The notes beneath the pieces are model-generated. The model was not told where the DNA came from. It was given only the letters and a program-made list of their open reading frames with translations, and ran no database searches. Shown one piece after another: positions 62,298-64,000 of a stretch of 64,000 nucleotides of DNA; the stretch's first letter is position 1, and every line of letters begins with the position of its first letter. A program made the translations under genes and the position numbers. Origin of the DNA: Balanoglossus misakiensis (lineage: Eukaryota; Animalia; Hemichordata); assembly GCA_040954595.2 (NCBI GenBank), contig CM082597.2, forward strand, positions 5,833,244 through 5,897,243, read 5' to 3'.

Positions 62298-63983
62298 TTA
62301 ATCTTTCATCTTAATTTGATCCAGCGCCATTGTTGCCACTTCTTTCCGCTTGATCTTACCAGTTGGTGTTGTCGGAAAACTGTCAAAGAACAAGATATAC
62401 TTCGGAAGAAGGAACGGATCAAGCTTTTTCTTCAGGAGATCCAAAATTTCCTTCTTTGTGCATGATTCACCGTGCTGAAGAACAACGCATAGACAAATCT
62501 CGCTGCCCATTTCCTCGTCTGGCACGGCTACAGCCTGACACAGCTTCACAGTGGAATGACCAACAAAATGTCTCTCAATTGCAACGGGATAGATTTTCCT
62601 GGCATCTTTTATGATAAGATCATCTTTCCTCCCCAACACGCGAATTCTTCCATCCTCAAGCATGATTCCTATGTCTCCAGTGATAAACCAACCCGATTCT
62701 GTTTTCGCGGCCTTTGTCTTCTCGTCGTCTCCCATGTAATGCGAGAAGACACGTGGACCACGAACGCAGATTTCCCCTTCAGTATTGATTGGAACAATTC
62801 TGAAATCGTCGTCAACTATTTTCATCTCCACATGCGGAGCTGGTCGGCCAACTGTTGTGCAGTTTCCATCGTCGGGGTCACTTGCCGGATGATATGTACA
62901 GCCAAGAGCTTCTGTGCTGCCATATGTGTTTTGTATGTTAGGCGTCAGAGTTTCCTTCAATCTCTCTAGAATACCATCTGGCAGGACATTCCCTGCAATG
63001 ACCGCCAAATTCATCGAGGACAAATCATGTCTGTGCTCCAAGTTGGCTGTCTGAAAGGCAAGGGAAGGAAAAAGAGTTGTAGAAGTGCACCGTTCTTTCT
63101 CTAGGACTCTGGTGACTAAAGCAACATCAGCTGACTCTGTCATCACGAGACGGTCACCGCCCACAACCATCGACGACATATTCCCATCCAAACCAACACC
63201 AAAGCATGGTAAACAGAGAAGATGGCATCCCGGTTTTCCGCCATTCAGCTGGGCTTGTGTAGCGAAGACGAAAATGTAGAATTCCGCAAGAGCATGATGG
63301 GTATGGACGACGGCCTTGCTCATACCCGTACTGCCAGAAGTATAAAAAATCAGAGCATGGTCGTCTGGTTGAATTTCTTCTTGCACACTCTGAATTTGTG
63401 AATGTGGTGCACACATATTGATGACGTCATAGAAGGAAACCCAGGCCCTTTCTTTCTTCGTCGAATCAACACTGATGTAACAACGAACACTTGGCAGAGG
63501 CCCAGATGTGCTCAGACCAGTGACCCTATCTAGTTCGGGAACTATCTCAGAGAGCACAGGAAGATGATCATCGTCAACTACTAGAGCAGCGCAGCTGATT
63601 TTATTGATTTGTCTTGCGAGGTCCTCAGCCTTCAGCACCGTATGGAGTCGAACAGCAACCAATCCAGCTTTAGCCGCAGCCAAGTAAGTCACGATGTACT
63701 CGTATCTCCTGCCAAGAACAAGGCCCAGCCTTTCGCCCTTTTGCAGACCGAGTTTCACTAAGCCAGAAGCGAATCCATCCACTTGACGCCTCAATTCTTG
63801 GAAGGTTATCCGTTTGACGGAATCATTCTTTCGGTAGTCAGTTATTGCTTCTCTGTCAGGATAACAATCACTGGTTAAATCAAAGAGTTGACCGATGGTC
63901 TTTCCACAAAATCTTTGCTGTCCTGGTGTATGGCAGTAGCTTCTAGTCAGCTTCGGCATCGACGCAAGAACTTGTGCGGCCAT
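62298..63983 (-). CDS. Intronless acyl-CoA synthetase (ANL/AMP-binding superfamily, ACSF2-like), 561 aa
   Basis: Single ORF with the AMP-binding signature IFYTSGSTGMSKAV, YGSTE, GEICVRGP, GWFITGDIG, GRKDDLII and PTTPTGKI. The N-terminal LTRSYCH...GKTIGQLF...YPDREA resembles the start of the ACSF2-type catalytic region. Confidence 0.92.
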   Translation of the reverse strand: MAAQVLASMPKLTRSYCHTPGQQRFCGKTIGQLFDLTSDCYPDREAITDYRKNDSVKRITFQELRRQVDGFASGLVKLGLQKGERLGLVLGRRYEYIVTYLAAAKAGLVAVRLHTVLKAEDLARQINKISCAALVVDDDHLPVLSEIVPELDRVTGLSTSGPLPSVRCYISVDSTKKERAWVSFYDVINMCAPHSQIQSVQEEIQPDDHALIFYTSGSTGMSKAVVHTHHALAEFYIFVFATQAQLNGGKPGCHLLCLPCFGVGLDGNMSSMVVGGDRLVMTESADVALVTRVLEKERCTSTTLFPSLAFQTANLEHRHDLSSMNLAVIAGNVLPDGILERLKETLTPNIQNTYGSTEALGCTYHPASDPDDGNCTTVGRPAPHVEMKIVDDDFRIVPINTEGEICVRGPRVFSHYMGDDEKTKAAKTESGWFITGDIGIMLEDGRIRVLGRKDDLIIKDARKIYPVAIERHFVGHSTVKLCQAVAVPDEEMGSEICLCVVLQHGESCTKKEILDLLKKKLDPFLLPKYILFFDSFPTTPTGKIKRKEVATMALDQIKMKD

Positions 63984-64000
63984 TTTTTACCAAGTGATGA

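Noticed and set aside
62298-63983. Firefly-type luciferase or NRPS adenylation domain
   Set aside because: Same superfamily, but no PTS1, no carrier or condensation domains, and the N-terminus looks ACSF2-like; nothing in the sequence supports the more specific call.

Overview
AT-rich, intron-containing animal genomic DNA. Gene content and repeat style suggest a marine invertebrate, probably a deuterostome (inference only). Most ORF-track entries are noise; the real genes were rebuilt by hand from GT/GC-AG splice sites with frame checks. Left to right: (1) a ~238-bp satellite (~90-1470). (2) A tandem cluster of three paralogous genes (two complete 13-exon copies, one partial copy showing only exons 5-13; 2.6-29.3 kb, + strand) encoding signal peptide + two C-type lectin-like domains + a PKD1/REJ-type GAIN/GPS domain. 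All three stop ~18-24 aa after the HL|T autoproteolysis site and have no transmembrane region. Their lectin exons are hyperdivergent, while GAIN exons, and introns between copies 1 and 2, are nearly identical. (3) A 4.2-kb long-TIR element in intron 1 of copy 2, whose interior has become a higher-order satellite built from its own TIR. (4) Two minus-strand Ig-domain genes with no TM segment, each ending in a short Arg/Lys-rich exon that the ORF track misses. (5) An HSF2BP/MEILB2 homolog. (6) A SAXO/FAM154-like axonemal gene. (7) A 1.26-kb foldback element and a solo LTR. (8) An intronless ACSF2-like acyl-CoA synthetase. Many MITEs are scattered throughout. The best candidate for an undescribed system is the membrane-less, hypervariable lectin-GAIN family, possibly together with the neighbouring basic-tailed Ig proteins.
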